Part shown: one piece after another, positions 1 through 7,557 of the stretch | Layout: every line of letters begins with the position of its first letter | How positions within the stretch are numbered: the first letter of the stretch is position 1 | Assembly (NCBI GenBank): GCA_025450195.1 | Contig: JANWHW010000018.1 | Span: forward strand, 3,174 to 67,173 | Reading direction: 5' to 3' | DNA length: 64,000 nt | Origin: Solirubrobacterales bacterium | GTDB taxonomy: Bacteria > Actinomycetota > Thermoleophilia > Solirubrobacterales > 70-9 | The notes under the pieces: generated by a model | What the model saw: only the letters and a program-made list of their open reading frames with translations | The model's database searches: none | Told to the model about the DNA's origin: nothing | Position numbers and translations under genes: made by a program

Positions 1-45
1 GTCCATATCTGATCCTTCGCGCCGCGAGCGAAGCGCGAAGATTGA
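1..45 (+). repeat. REP-like palindromic repeat, copy A (core CTTCGCGCCGCGAGCGAAGCGCGAAG at 15-40), preceded by GTCCATATCTGAT, the reverse complement of the ATCAGATATGGA motif found inside uvrC and pgk
   Basis: The arms CTTCGCGC and GCGCGAAG can pair (8 bp). Near-identical cores recur at 32418-32442 and 32488-32512. The copy lies directly upstream of the ATG at 50. Confidence 0.6.
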
Positions 46-49
46 TGCC

Positions 50-898
50 ATGACCGAGGAGCGCGTTCCGGCTCCGGACCCGAAGGGGCCGGCCAGAAAG
101 CCACCAAGTGAGGCAATCGCCGAAGCCCGCGTGCGGGTGCCGACAAGGGGCAACCGCAAGTTGGAGAGCTTCCTCAAGGCGGTGAACGATGACGAGCAGG
201 TTCGAGCCCGGTGGTACATGGCCCAGGTCCACGCCGAACGGCTGGGGATGTCGGACCACTCCTGGGTCCACACCCAGATCGTCCTCAACATTGCCCTTCG
301 TCTGCTCCGCTTACTGGTCAAGGCGGGCGTTGAGCCGGCAGTCGTCACCGATCACGGGATGTCCGCAAAAGACGCTGAGGTAGTCGTCGCCGGGGGCGCC
401 CTGCTGCATGACGTCGGCATGTCGATCCACCGGACCGATCACGAGGCCTACAGCCTCTTCCTTGCGAATGGCGTCCTCGACCGCCTCCTCGCCGACTCCT
501 ATCCCGAGCCCCTGCGGACGATTGTCGCCTCGGAGATCCTCCACGCGATCATCGGGCACCGCCGGCGTGGCGATCCCTACACGGTCGAGGCGGGTGTGGT
601 CCGGGTCGCGGATGCCCTCGACATGGCTCAGGGCCGCACGCGGATACCGCTGGAGGCAGGCCAAGAGGGGATCCACTCGATCTCAGCCGCCGCGGTTGAC
701 GAGGTTCGGATCGAAGCGGGGGAGGAGCGGCCGATACGGATCGAGATCGATCTCAACAACTCGGCCGGCATCTTCCAGGTCGACGATCTGCTGGCGACGA
801 AGATCCGCGGCACGCCGTTGGAGGGGCGGGTCGAGGTCGTGGCGGAGATCGAGGGTGAGAGCGAGAAGCGGTTGCTGAGCGGTTTCCGCCTGTCCTGA
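50..898 (+). CDS. HD-domain metal-dependent phosphohydrolase
   Basis: 282-aa ORF with an H...HD signature (LLHDVGMSIHRTDHE). Codon usage is coherent with the high-G+C background. Confidence 0.85.
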   Translation: MTEERVPAPDPKGPARKPPSEAIAEARVRVPTRGNRKLESFLKAVNDDEQVRARWYMAQVHAERLGMSDHSWVHTQIVLNIALRLLRLLVKAGVEPAVVTDHGMSAKDAEVVVAGGALLHDVGMSIHRTDHEAYSLFLANGVLDRLLADSYPEPLRTIVASEILHAIIGHRRRGDPYTVEAGVVRVADALDMAQGRTRIPLEAGQEGIHSISAAAVDEVRIEAGEERPIRIEIDLNNSAGIFQVDDLLATKIRGTPLEGRVEVVAEIEGESEKRLLSGFRLS

Positions 899-978
899 CA
901 ACCAGTCGGGCGGTGTCCTCAGTCGCTCGCGTGGCGTGCAGAGCACGCCACGCCCTCTGCGTCCTTGCCTAACAGGTG

Positions 979-1236
979 TTAGGACAGGCGCTCTAGGTCG
1001 TAGCGGCGCTGTTCTTTGCGCTTGTCAAGGCGCCCTTGGATCAGCGACAGCACGATCACCAGGACCGCGAAGAAGCCGATCACTCCGAAGCAGAAGAAGG
1101 TGACCGTCTTGTCGGTCACCGGGCCGGCCAGGCCAGCTCCGTTGTCGGCCATCGCGACCGGTGCGGCAAGGAGCATCAGGGAAAGCACCGCACAAAGGGC
1201 AGCGACGATTCGGGTGCGGCGGGACGTGAGCTTCAC
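979..1236 (-). CDS. small membrane protein downstream of uppP (hypothetical)
   Basis: The ORF track extends to 1308, but a GTG at 1236 gives a signal-like N-terminus (LCAVLSLMLLAAPVAMA) plus a C-terminal TM segment and a basic tail. The start codon is uncertain. Confidence 0.45.
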   Translation of the reverse strand: MKLTSRRTRIVAALCAVLSLMLLAAPVAMADNGAGLAGPVTDKTVTFFCFGVIGFFAVLVIVLSLIQGRLDKRKEQRRYDLERLS

Positions 1237-1294
1237 GCCTGGCAATCTAGCGCACAGTAGCGGCGCCTCGATCGGCAATCGTGCGCTCTGTGCT

Positions 1295-2110
1295 CTAGCT
1301 GATCGCACCCGTCGCAGCCAGCGCCAGAACCAGTGCTCCCAGCGCGATCCTGTAGACGATGAAAACCTTCAGCGTGTGGGTGCTGAGGTAGCGAAGCAGC
1401 CAGGCGATCGCGGCATATCCGGAAACGAAGGCCGCGATCGTGGCGACCATAGTCGCCACAACTGAGGCGTTGCCGTCCTCGCCGACTGTGCGCAACTCGA
1501 ACAAACCGCTCAGGACCACGGCCGGCACTGAGAGCAGGAACGAGTAGCGAGCGGCCGCGACCCGGTCGAATCCGCGCAGCAGTCCAGCGGAGATCGTTGC
1601 GCCCGAGCGCGAGACACCCGGGATCAGGGCGAGGGCCTGTGCCATCCCGACGAACAGCCCGTCGCGGCCATTCATCTCGGCCAAGGCTCTCTGCTGAGTG
1701 CCGACCCGCTCGGCGAGCATCATCACGAAGGAGAAGAGGATCAACGCCGAGCCGATCAGGTAAAGGCTGCGCGCGCCCGACTCGATCTGGTCGCTGAAGA
1801 CGAATCCGAAGACCGAGATCGGGATCGTGCCGAGGATGATGAACCAGCCCAACTTTGCCTCCTGGCTGCTCTGGCGAAAAGGGACGCGCAGTTCGCGTAC
1901 CCACGCGACAGCTATGCGCCAGAGGTCAGCTCGGAAGTAGATGAGAACCGCCGCCATCGTCCCGAGTTGAATCACGGCCGTGAAGCCGGCGCCCGGATCG
2001 GGCCAGCCAAGCAGTGCGGGAACGATGCGCAGGTGCCCGCTGGAGGAGATGGGCAGGAACTCCGTCAGCCCCTGCACGAGGCCGAGGACGATGGCCTCAA
2101 GGGTGCTCAT
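1295..2110 (-). CDS. uppP: undecaprenyl-diphosphate phosphatase
   Basis: 271 aa. The N-terminus LVQGLTEFLPISSSGHL is the UppP/BacA signature, and the protein is multi-TM. Confidence 0.95.
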   Translation of the reverse strand: MSTLEAIVLGLVQGLTEFLPISSSGHLRIVPALLGWPDPGAGFTAVIQLGTMAAVLIYFRADLWRIAVAWVRELRVPFRQSSQEAKLGWFIILGTIPISVFGFVFSDQIESGARSLYLIGSALILFSFVMMLAERVGTQQRALAEMNGRDGLFVGMAQALALIPGVSRSGATISAGLLRGFDRVAAARYSFLLSVPAVVLSGLFELRTVGEDGNASVVATMVATIAAFVSGYAAIAWLLRYLSTHTLKVFIVYRIALGALVLALAATGAIS

Positions 2111-2148
2111 GGCGCCCAGACTAGTGCGTGCCTGACTCGCGCGGTGCT

Positions 2149-2182
2149 AAAAAAACGAACGGCCCGGGACAGGGGCCGTTCG
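2149..2182 (-). terminator. intrinsic-terminator-like hairpin on the minus strand inside the uppP 5' leader
   Basis: On the minus strand, a 10-bp perfect stem CGAACGGCCC/GGGCCGTTCG with a 7-nt loop is followed by T7 (A7 at 2149-2155 on the plus strand). It lies about 40 nt upstream of the uppP start at 2110. Confidence 0.6.
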
Positions 2183-2339
2183 CGGTGACGAGAGGGAGCC
2201 TCGTGTCGAAGTCTGTCCGGACGCCGGCTGGCGGGAGTGAATATCCAGAGAATCGAGAGGGGAGGGTTTGGCCCAATTTGGGTATTTCGAACTGTAAAAA
2301 TCCTGTGAACGCAGGGATTTCCCTCCGCTTCCGCTGCGC

Positions 2340-3194
2340 ATGCGCATACAATCGCGCTGTTCCATCTGGCAAGGACGCCCGTCCGTCAACCACGGCGCTC
2401 CGCACTTGAACGCACAACACACCATCAGGCTCGCGGTAATCGACGACGACAGCGGTTTCGTGACCGTGCTCGGCAAGCGGGTCGACACAGCCGACTGGCA
2501 GAAGCGCGTGGTCGGGAGTGCGATACCCCCTGAGGAGCTGGTGGCGATGAAGCTTCATGCCCTCCTGATCGACCCGGCGGTGTTGGGGGATGGAGCATGG
2601 GACTACTTGGAGCGGGTCTGCGGAATGCTCCCCGATCTTGGCGTGATCGTCTGCACCGGCCGTTCGACGGTCGCCCAGCGGGTTCGTGCCCTTCGCTTGG
2701 GGGTCGACGACTGGATCACCAAGCCATGCCATCCCGAAGAAGCGATGGCGCGAATCGAAGCCGTCTCGCGCCGCCGCCGCCGTGCCCGCCCCCATGTGGA
2801 GGCCGGCCCTCTGGTGGCTGGGGAGCTGGAGATCCGCGCCGACCGCTTCCAGGCATTTGTCAACGGCGGCAGCCTTGACCTGACGAGGCGGGAGTTCGAG
2901 CTACTGCAACTGCTCGCCGAGTCCAGGGGCCAGGTGTTGGAGCGGGAGACGATTTACCAGCGGGTTTGGGGATATGCGATGGCACACGGCGATCGCTCGG
3001 TCGATGTCTTCATTCGCAAGCTGCGCCAAAAGCTCGAGCGCCAGTCCCCTGGTTGGGGCTACATCCACACTCATTTTGGAGTCGGCTACCGGTTTGACCC
3101 GGAGTCCACCATCGATACAGAGCTTTCCGCTTCGCGGGCCGACGAGCCGATCGATGCCACTGCGCATCAGGCCGAAGAGCTCTCTGTGCCCTAG
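2340..3194 (+). CDS. OmpR/PhoB-family response regulator (orphan; start may be the TTG at 2406)
   Basis: Receiver motifs (VIDDD, LLID, ITKP) plus a winged-helix C-terminus (LTRREFELLQLL...VDVFIRKLRQKLE...GVGYRF). No adjacent histidine kinase. Confidence 0.85.
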   Translation: MRIQSRCSIWQGRPSVNHGAPHLNAQHTIRLAVIDDDSGFVTVLGKRVDTADWQKRVVGSAIPPEELVAMKLHALLIDPAVLGDGAWDYLERVCGMLPDLGVIVCTGRSTVAQRVRALRLGVDDWITKPCHPEEAMARIEAVSRRRRRARPHVEAGPLVAGELEIRADRFQAFVNGGSLDLTRREFELLQLLAESRGQVLERETIYQRVWGYAMAHGDRSVDVFIRKLRQKLERQSPGWGYIHTHFGVGYRFDPESTIDTELSASRADEPIDATAHQAEELSVP

Positions 3195-3353
3195 GTGGGT
3201 CCAGCGAAACTCGCTAGGCCAGTAGCCATGCGGCCTCCGGGAGAGGGATCAAGAGCCACGACCCCAAGTGTGGGGGATTCTTACCCCAGAGAGGGCGGGA
3301 ACCAGCTCCTGAGCTTGAGATAGGTTCCTTGCAAGCAACCCCAGGAGGTCGGG

Positions 3354-3530
3354 ATGGCAAACGTGATGATCAAATGCCCGAACACGGGCAAACTTGTGCC
3401 CACGGGTATTGCGATGGATGCTCAGTCCTTTGCATCGGCGCAGTTGAGCAACAACGGGTTGGGAAACTGCCCTGCCTGCGGAGGCGGCCATGTTTGGAGC
3501 AAGAAGGATGCTCAGCTTGAGGAGGAGTAG
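3354..3530 (+). CDS. 58-aa zinc-ribbon mini-protein (below the ORF-track length cutoff)
   Basis: ATG preceded by AGGAGG. It translates to MANVMIKCPNTGKLVPTGIAMDAQSFASAQLSNNGLGNCPACGGGHVWSKKDAQLEEE, with CPxxG...CPxCG cysteine pairs. Confidence 0.6.
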   Translation: MANVMIKCPNTGKLVPTGIAMDAQSFASAQLSNNGLGNCPACGGGHVWSKKDAQLEEE

Positions 3531-3631
3531 CTGAACTCGCGATCCCAGTCCTAATGCGGCCTAACTGAGAGCGCCTTGCTGGCATAGCCAAGCGCCTATG
3601 GATGCCTCAAGAAGATCACTGGACTACTCGA

Positions 3632-4116
3632 TTAGTAGACCGGTTCTACTTCAACTAATCCCGTTGAGGTATCGACGGTGATTTCAAGCGTGGCGGCACC
3701 GCCCTGGCCTTCTAGCGAAAATCCGGTGCAGAGGTAATGCATGTAGCTGCGATATGACGAGCCATAGCTACACGACACTTCGTGGGCATGAGTTGGATCG
3801 CTCACTTCGACATTCGTAAGGATCTGCCGTTCCAATTGCTTCGTCGTTGCCCATTCGTCGCCGGGCTGCTTGATGATCATTTCTTCTAGATCGCGTGGTT
3901 CCTGCGGGTTTGTTGGATCCCCAAATTCTTCTCCGATTTCTTCATCAAGTTCTTCTTCGATTGCTTCTTCTTCGGCTTCGCTGAAATGAGTCTCTGATCC
4001 AGGTTCATTCGATGAGGCCTGCCAAGCGGACACCCCGACGACCAAGATGGCGAGGGCTAGAAGAGTCGCAGCGAGGAGTCTTTTTTGGCAAAGATTGAGA
4101 TCTTTCAGCCTCGTCA
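3632..4116 (-). CDS. membrane-anchored or secreted acidic protein (hypothetical)
   Basis: The ORF track runs to 4213. A GTG at 4116 gives a TM/signal anchor (LLAATLLALAILVVGVSA) followed by an acidic EEEAIEEELDEEIGEEF tract. The region is visibly lower in G+C. Confidence 0.5.
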
Positions 4117-4189
4117 CGGGCGGCAAGCTACCAGAAACGTGACTCAGAGTCCGTAGACTCGAAGTCGTCAAACTGGAAGCGTCGCGGAG

Positions 4190-4426
4190 GTGGAGAAGCA
4201 ATCCCCATCTCACTTGGCGCTGGGAGAAGCCATTAGGGAGTTCCGCCTGAAAGGCGGGCTATCCCAGGAGGCACTTGGCCTCGAAGCGGGCTTGGATCGG
4301 ACCTACATCTCTTCTGTAGAGCGAGGCTGGCGCAACATCAGCTTCGACAACCTCATCTTGATCGCCAAAACCCTTGACGTGAAGCCCGCTCGATTGCTGG
4401 CTCGCTGGGAAGAGATCGCCGGATAA
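4190..4426 (+). CDS. XRE-family helix-turn-helix transcriptional regulator
   Basis: The 78-aa sequence LGEAIREFRLKGGLSQEALGLEAGLDRTYISSVERGWRNISFDNL matches the HTH_XRE (Cro/C1) pattern. Confidence 0.8.
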   Translation: MEKQSPSHLALGEAIREFRLKGGLSQEALGLEAGLDRTYISSVERGWRNISFDNLILIAKTLDVKPARLLARWEEIAG

Positions 4427-4433
4427 CGCTGGC

Positions 4434-4673
4434 CTATTTGGCCTGAATCGCGATGCCTTCGCCCTTGTCGTCTTTGATGGTGCGGCTCCTTAGCTGCTTG
4501 CCTCTATTCCTTGCCGTCTTGTTGGCAGTGGCCAGAAAAGAGGGGGTATTCGTCATGTAGTCCTCCCCTCGGCGAAGTTCCCAGGGGGACCCATCGAGCC
4601 ATTCGTCCCAGGGGTACTTTGCCTTCGTTGGCATGTCCCCACCTGGGAATTCATCCAGCTTCTTCGCCACCAC
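4434..4673 (-). CDS. small hypothetical protein (79 aa), convergent with the XRE gene
   Basis: Clean ORF with a non-repetitive, mixed-charge composition (KYPWDEWLDGSPWELRRGEDY). No family recognised. Confidence 0.5.
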   Translation of the reverse strand: MVAKKLDEFPGGDMPTKAKYPWDEWLDGSPWELRRGEDYMTNTPSFLATANKTARNRGKQLRSRTIKDDKGEGIAIQAK

Positions 4674-4819
4674 GTTCCCCTTTTCTGGGCTGCTAATTTC
4701 ATAGCAGTTGATAGAAGACTAGCAACCTTAGCATTTGCTAGAATAGCCGTCAACAGGAAAGAAATGCCCCCGCGCTGTTTACGGCAGCCGGGGGCGCGGA
4801 CCAGAGAGTCGTTGCCTCC

Positions 4820-5941
4820 ATGGCCAAGTCGAAATTACCAACAAGATCGGTTGTGGCTGTACTCAGCCGTATCCTTGATTCCCCTGAGATCCAGGCACTG
4901 ATTGCTGAGCTTGAAGACACCCGCTGGACGGGTCGTCCTGGTTATCCAATGCGAGCGCTCGTCGGCTTGGCAATTGCAAAGTCTCTGTATCAGCGGCCCT
5001 GTTGGACCCAGATCGTGTCCCTCGCACAAGAGCACGATGCTCTGCGTCAAGCTCTCGGAGGCGAAGTTCCCTCTGTTCATGCCTGCTATCGCTTCACGAA
5101 GAAGCTGATCAAGTACAAGTCGCTTCGGGCTGATTGCGCTGATCGCTTGCTTGCGTCGCTGAAGGAGCTTCGCCCCGAGATGGGCGAGAACATCGCCATC
5201 GATGGCTCGGCTCTGCACGCCTACGCGAACGGGCATAAAACAACGATCCACAACGGACGTGAGCGGAAGCCAGAGGAGTTCAGCGATCCCGATGCCTCCT
5301 GGGGCCATCAGTCGGCGACCTCAACGGAGGGCAGGGGCCGAAGTATCTATGGCCATCGACTGCACATGGCTGCTTGCACGGCAACAGATTTGCCAGTGGC
5401 CTGGCATTTGAGCACAGCGCGCGATAGCGAGAAGCCAGTGGCCAGTGGCCTGCTCGATAAGACCCGCCAACGAGGGTTTGCCGCCCAGACCTGCGCGATG
5501 GACAAGGGTTATGACGCCGAAAGTACTTATGAGGAGTTTGAGGCTCGTGACTGCCACCCGGTCATCCCATTGATGAGGACGGGGTTCGTCAAGCAGGGGC
5601 GTCATCTACCTCATGAGTGCCGCCACGGCACCTGGGTCTTCGGGGGCAGCGACTACAAGCGCAAGGCAGCCAAGTGGCGTTGCCCCACAGGCGAATGCGA
5701 GGTCAGCAACCGTTGGGTCCCCGCCAGCCGCCTCCATACGTTGATCCCCCGCACGACTGATCGCTGGTTCAAGCTCAAAAGAGGCAGATCTTCGGTCGAG
5801 CGCGAGTTTGGACGCCTCAAGGACGGCTATGGCTTGAGGACGATCCGCGTCAGGGGGATTGAGAAAGTACGGCTACACGCCGACCTGACAATTCTGACGA
5901 GACTTGCCAGCTACCTCGCAAATAGCAGGGGTTTTCAGTGA
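4820..5941 (+). CDS. DDE transposase, IS4/IS5 superfamily (DUF772-like N-terminus)
   Basis: 373 aa with GRPGYPMRALVGLAIAKSLY (InsH-N-like), AMDKGYDAE, and the C-terminal SVEREFGRLKDGYGLRTIRVRG motif typical of this transposase superfamily. Confidence 0.85.
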   Translation: MAKSKLPTRSVVAVLSRILDSPEIQALIAELEDTRWTGRPGYPMRALVGLAIAKSLYQRPCWTQIVSLAQEHDALRQALGGEVPSVHACYRFTKKLIKYKSLRADCADRLLASLKELRPEMGENIAIDGSALHAYANGHKTTIHNGRERKPEEFSDPDASWGHQSATSTEGRGRSIYGHRLHMAACTATDLPVAWHLSTARDSEKPVASGLLDKTRQRGFAAQTCAMDKGYDAESTYEEFEARDCHPVIPLMRTGFVKQGRHLPHECRHGTWVFGGSDYKRKAAKWRCPTGECEVSNRWVPASRLHTLIPRTTDRWFKLKRGRSSVEREFGRLKDGYGLRTIRVRGIEKVRLHADLTILTRLASYLANSRGFQ

Positions 5942-5968
5942 AGTTTGGGTGGAGCGCCCATCCAAACT
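5942..5968 (+). terminator. hairpin immediately after the transposase stop codon (terminator or IS-end structure)
   Basis: AGTTTGGGTGG / CCATCCAAACT forms an 11-bp stem (one G-T pair) with a 5-nt loop. Confidence 0.35.
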
Positions 5969-5984
5969 GAGCTATAATTGCAGT

Positions 5985-6058
5985 CCACCTGTAGCTCAGT
6001 CTGGATAGAGCACTCCCGTCGCAGGGAGAGGTCGCGGGTCCGAATCCCGCCAGGTCTT
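5985..6058 (+). tRNA. tRNA-like sequence, probably a degenerate tRNA pseudogene (isotype unclear)
   Basis: There is a good D-arm (GCTCAGTCTGGATAGAGC) and T-stem (GCGGG/CCCGC). However, the top 2 acceptor pairs are mismatched, the anticodon loop has only 6 nt (GTCGCA), and the T-loop reads TCCGAAT instead of TTCGAAT. It abuts the IS end. Confidence 0.5.
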
Positions 6059-6132
6059 CGGAAGGCCCCCAGGCTGTGTATTCGCCGGGGGTCTTCTCTT
6101 TTTAGGGCACTTCCGTTGCTACCCTCGAAAGG

Positions 6133-6225
6133 ATGGAAGCTCTATTGAAATTCATCGTCGCCCTGATCGCGTTCGTGGTCGCGGGCCAGCGCCTGATAAC
6201 CGCCACTCGGCGACTTGGCCTGTAG
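6133..6225 (+). CDS. possible 30-aa hydrophobic peptide (speculative)
   Basis: Translates to MEALLKFIVALIAFVVAGQRLITATRRLGL, one TM-like helix plus a basic tail. The stop codon is embedded in the perfect 8-bp hairpin CCTGTAGG(6219-6226)/CCTACAGG(6235-6242). The ribosome-binding-site spacing is poor. Confidence 0.25.
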   Translation: MEALLKFIVALIAFVVAGQRLITATRRLGL

Positions 6226-6289
6226 GGCTGAAGACCTACAGGTCATCTGCGAAGCGCCGCGTTTCGCTGGCACTTTCGCTGGAGCCACC

Positions 6290-6455
6290 TAGGAGGGATT
6301 AGCGAAAACCCCGCCCACGACTGGCGGCGGCGGACACGGCGCGGTTCGGCGTCCTCGGTTGGCCAAATAGCGCTGCTATTTGGCCTCCCTGCGTCCTTGC
6401 CCCGCTTGGTCCGGCGCTCGCCAGCCGCAGACACGAGTTTCGCTAATCCCTCCTA
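6290..6455. repeat. MITE-like element: 18-bp perfect terminal inverted repeats separated by 130 bp
   Basis: TAGGAGGGATTAGCGAAA (6290-6307) pairs with TTTCGCTAATCCCTCCTA (6438-6455). An internal hairpin GGCCAAATAGC-GCT-GCTATTTGGCC has an 11-bp stem. The outermost TA on each side could be a target-site duplication. Confidence 0.6.
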
Positions 6456-6460
6456 ACGGG

Positions 6461-6482
6461 CTTTTACATCCTTTTTACATCC
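6461..6482 (+). promoter_or_regulatory. Pho-box-like direct repeats upstream of pstS
   Basis: CTTTTACATCC / TTTTTACATCC are two 11-nt direct repeats (10/11 identical). TTTACA hexamers at 6463-6468 and 6474-6479 show 11-bp periodicity, about 105 nt upstream of the pstS GTG. Confidence 0.55.
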
Positions 6483-6584
6483 TCGATACAGACAGGTAAC
6501 AAGCTGCCATAAGGCCGCTGAGAGTGTGCCGCCTGACATCGGCCCCAGGGCCGGCAATCGGAGCAACTACCAGAAGGAGACAGA

Positions 6585-7541
6585 GTGACTATCTCTAAGT
6601 GGCTCATGGTCATCGCCTCCGCGTCCGTCCTGGCGGTCGGGATCGCGGCTTGTGGCGACGATGACGAAAGCACGACCGGTGGCGGTGGAGACCTCTCAGG
6701 ATCGATTCGCATCGACGGGTCGAGCACGGTGGCCCCGCTGACCGCAGCGGTCGCCGAGCAGTTCGAAGCTGAAAACTCGGGTGTTAAAGTGACTGTCGGG
6801 ACCTCTGGCACCGGCGGTGGCTTCGAAAAGTTCTGCGCCGGCGAGACGGCGATCTCCGACGCCTCCCGCGCGATTGAGCCCGAAGAGGTCGAAGCATGCG
6901 AGAAGGCCGGGATCGGCTATGAGGAGGTGCGGGTCGCGACTGACGCACTCACCGTCGTCGTCAATCCCGACAACCCCGTCAACTGCCTCACGGTCGACCA
7001 GCTGAGCGCCATCTGGGGCCCGGATTCCGATCTCTCCAACTGGAGCCAGGTGCCCGGCCTGAACGAGGAATTCGACGAGGATCTGGCGCTCTACGGCCCA
7101 GGTACCGACTCGGGCACGTTCGATTACTTCACCGAGGAAATCAACGGTGAAGAGGGCGCTTCCCGCAAGGACTACAACAACGTCGGCGAGAACGACAACA
7201 CCACCGTCACCGGCGTTGAGGGCTCTCCGGGTGGCATCGGCTACTTCGGCTACTCCTTCTACGAGGAGAACGAAGAGGCGCTGAAGGCGCTCGAAGTCGA
7301 CAGCGGCAAAGGGTGTGTCGCTCCCTCGCCCGAAACCGCCCAAGACGGCACCTACGTGCCACTCAGCAGGCCGCTTTTCATCTATCCGAGCGCTGATGCG
7401 CTGAAGCAGGCCGAGGTGCAAGCGTTCGTCGACTATTACCTCGACAACGTCAACAGCATCGCCGAAGCGGTCGGCTTCATCCCGCTGACAGAAGAACAGC
7501 TGGCGACGTCTAAGGACGCTGCCAAAAAGGCCGGGGCCTAG
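6585..7541 (+). CDS. pstS: phosphate ABC transporter substrate-binding lipoprotein
   Basis: Lipobox (GIAACG), then [12 protein letters not shown]...[11 protein letters not shown], typical of PstS. GAAGGAGA ribosome-binding site before the GTG start. Confidence 0.95.
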   Translation: MTISKWLMVIASASVLAVGIAACGDDDESTTGGGGDLSGSIRIDGSSTVAPLTAAVAEQFEAENSGVKVTVGTSGTGGGFEKFCAGETAISDASRAIEPEEVEACEKAGIGYEEVRVATDALTVVVNPDNPVNCLTVDQLSAIWGPDSDLSNWSQVPGLNEEFDEDLALYGPGTDSGTFDYFTEEINGEEGASRKDYNNVGENDNTTVTGVEGSPGGIGYFGYSFYEENEEALKALEVDSGKGCVAPSPETAQDGTYVPLSRPLFIYPSADALKQAEVQAFVDYYLDNVNSIAEAVGFIPLTEEQLATSKDAAKKAGA

Positions 7542-7557
7542 GGCTCGGGCAGTCGCG

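Larger units (their letters stand above)
4692..5981 (+). mobile_element. insertion sequence (IS4/IS5-superfamily-like); ends only tentatively placed
   Basis: Carries the transposase ORF. The candidate imperfect terminal inverted repeats are GCTAATTTCATAGCAGTTGATAG (4692-4714) and the reverse complement of CCATCCAAACTGAGCTATAATTGC (5958-5981). The match is gapped, so the boundaries are weak. Confidence 0.35.

Noticed and set aside
2183-2340. Assignment of the uppP leader to a known RNA family (SRP RNA, 6C RNA, ydaO/c-di-AMP riboswitch)
   Set aside because: I could not find the diagnostic motifs by eye: no GGAAGCAGC-type SRP domain IV, no twin C-rich loops, and no ydaO pseudo-symmetric core. 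The region is left unclassified.
2147-2488. 113-aa minus-strand ORF (and 224-aa ORF 2121..2795) upstream of uppP
   Set aside because: The composition is Ser/Cys/Arg-rich and not protein-like. The ORFs span an intergenic leader and the antisense strand of the response-regulator gene. The region is better explained as non-coding leader plus terminator.
4692-4714. Confident IS terminal inverted repeats and target-site duplication
   Set aside because: The best left/right match needs several gaps (about 17 of 24 positions) and I see no flanking direct repeat. The element borders are therefore reported only at low confidence.
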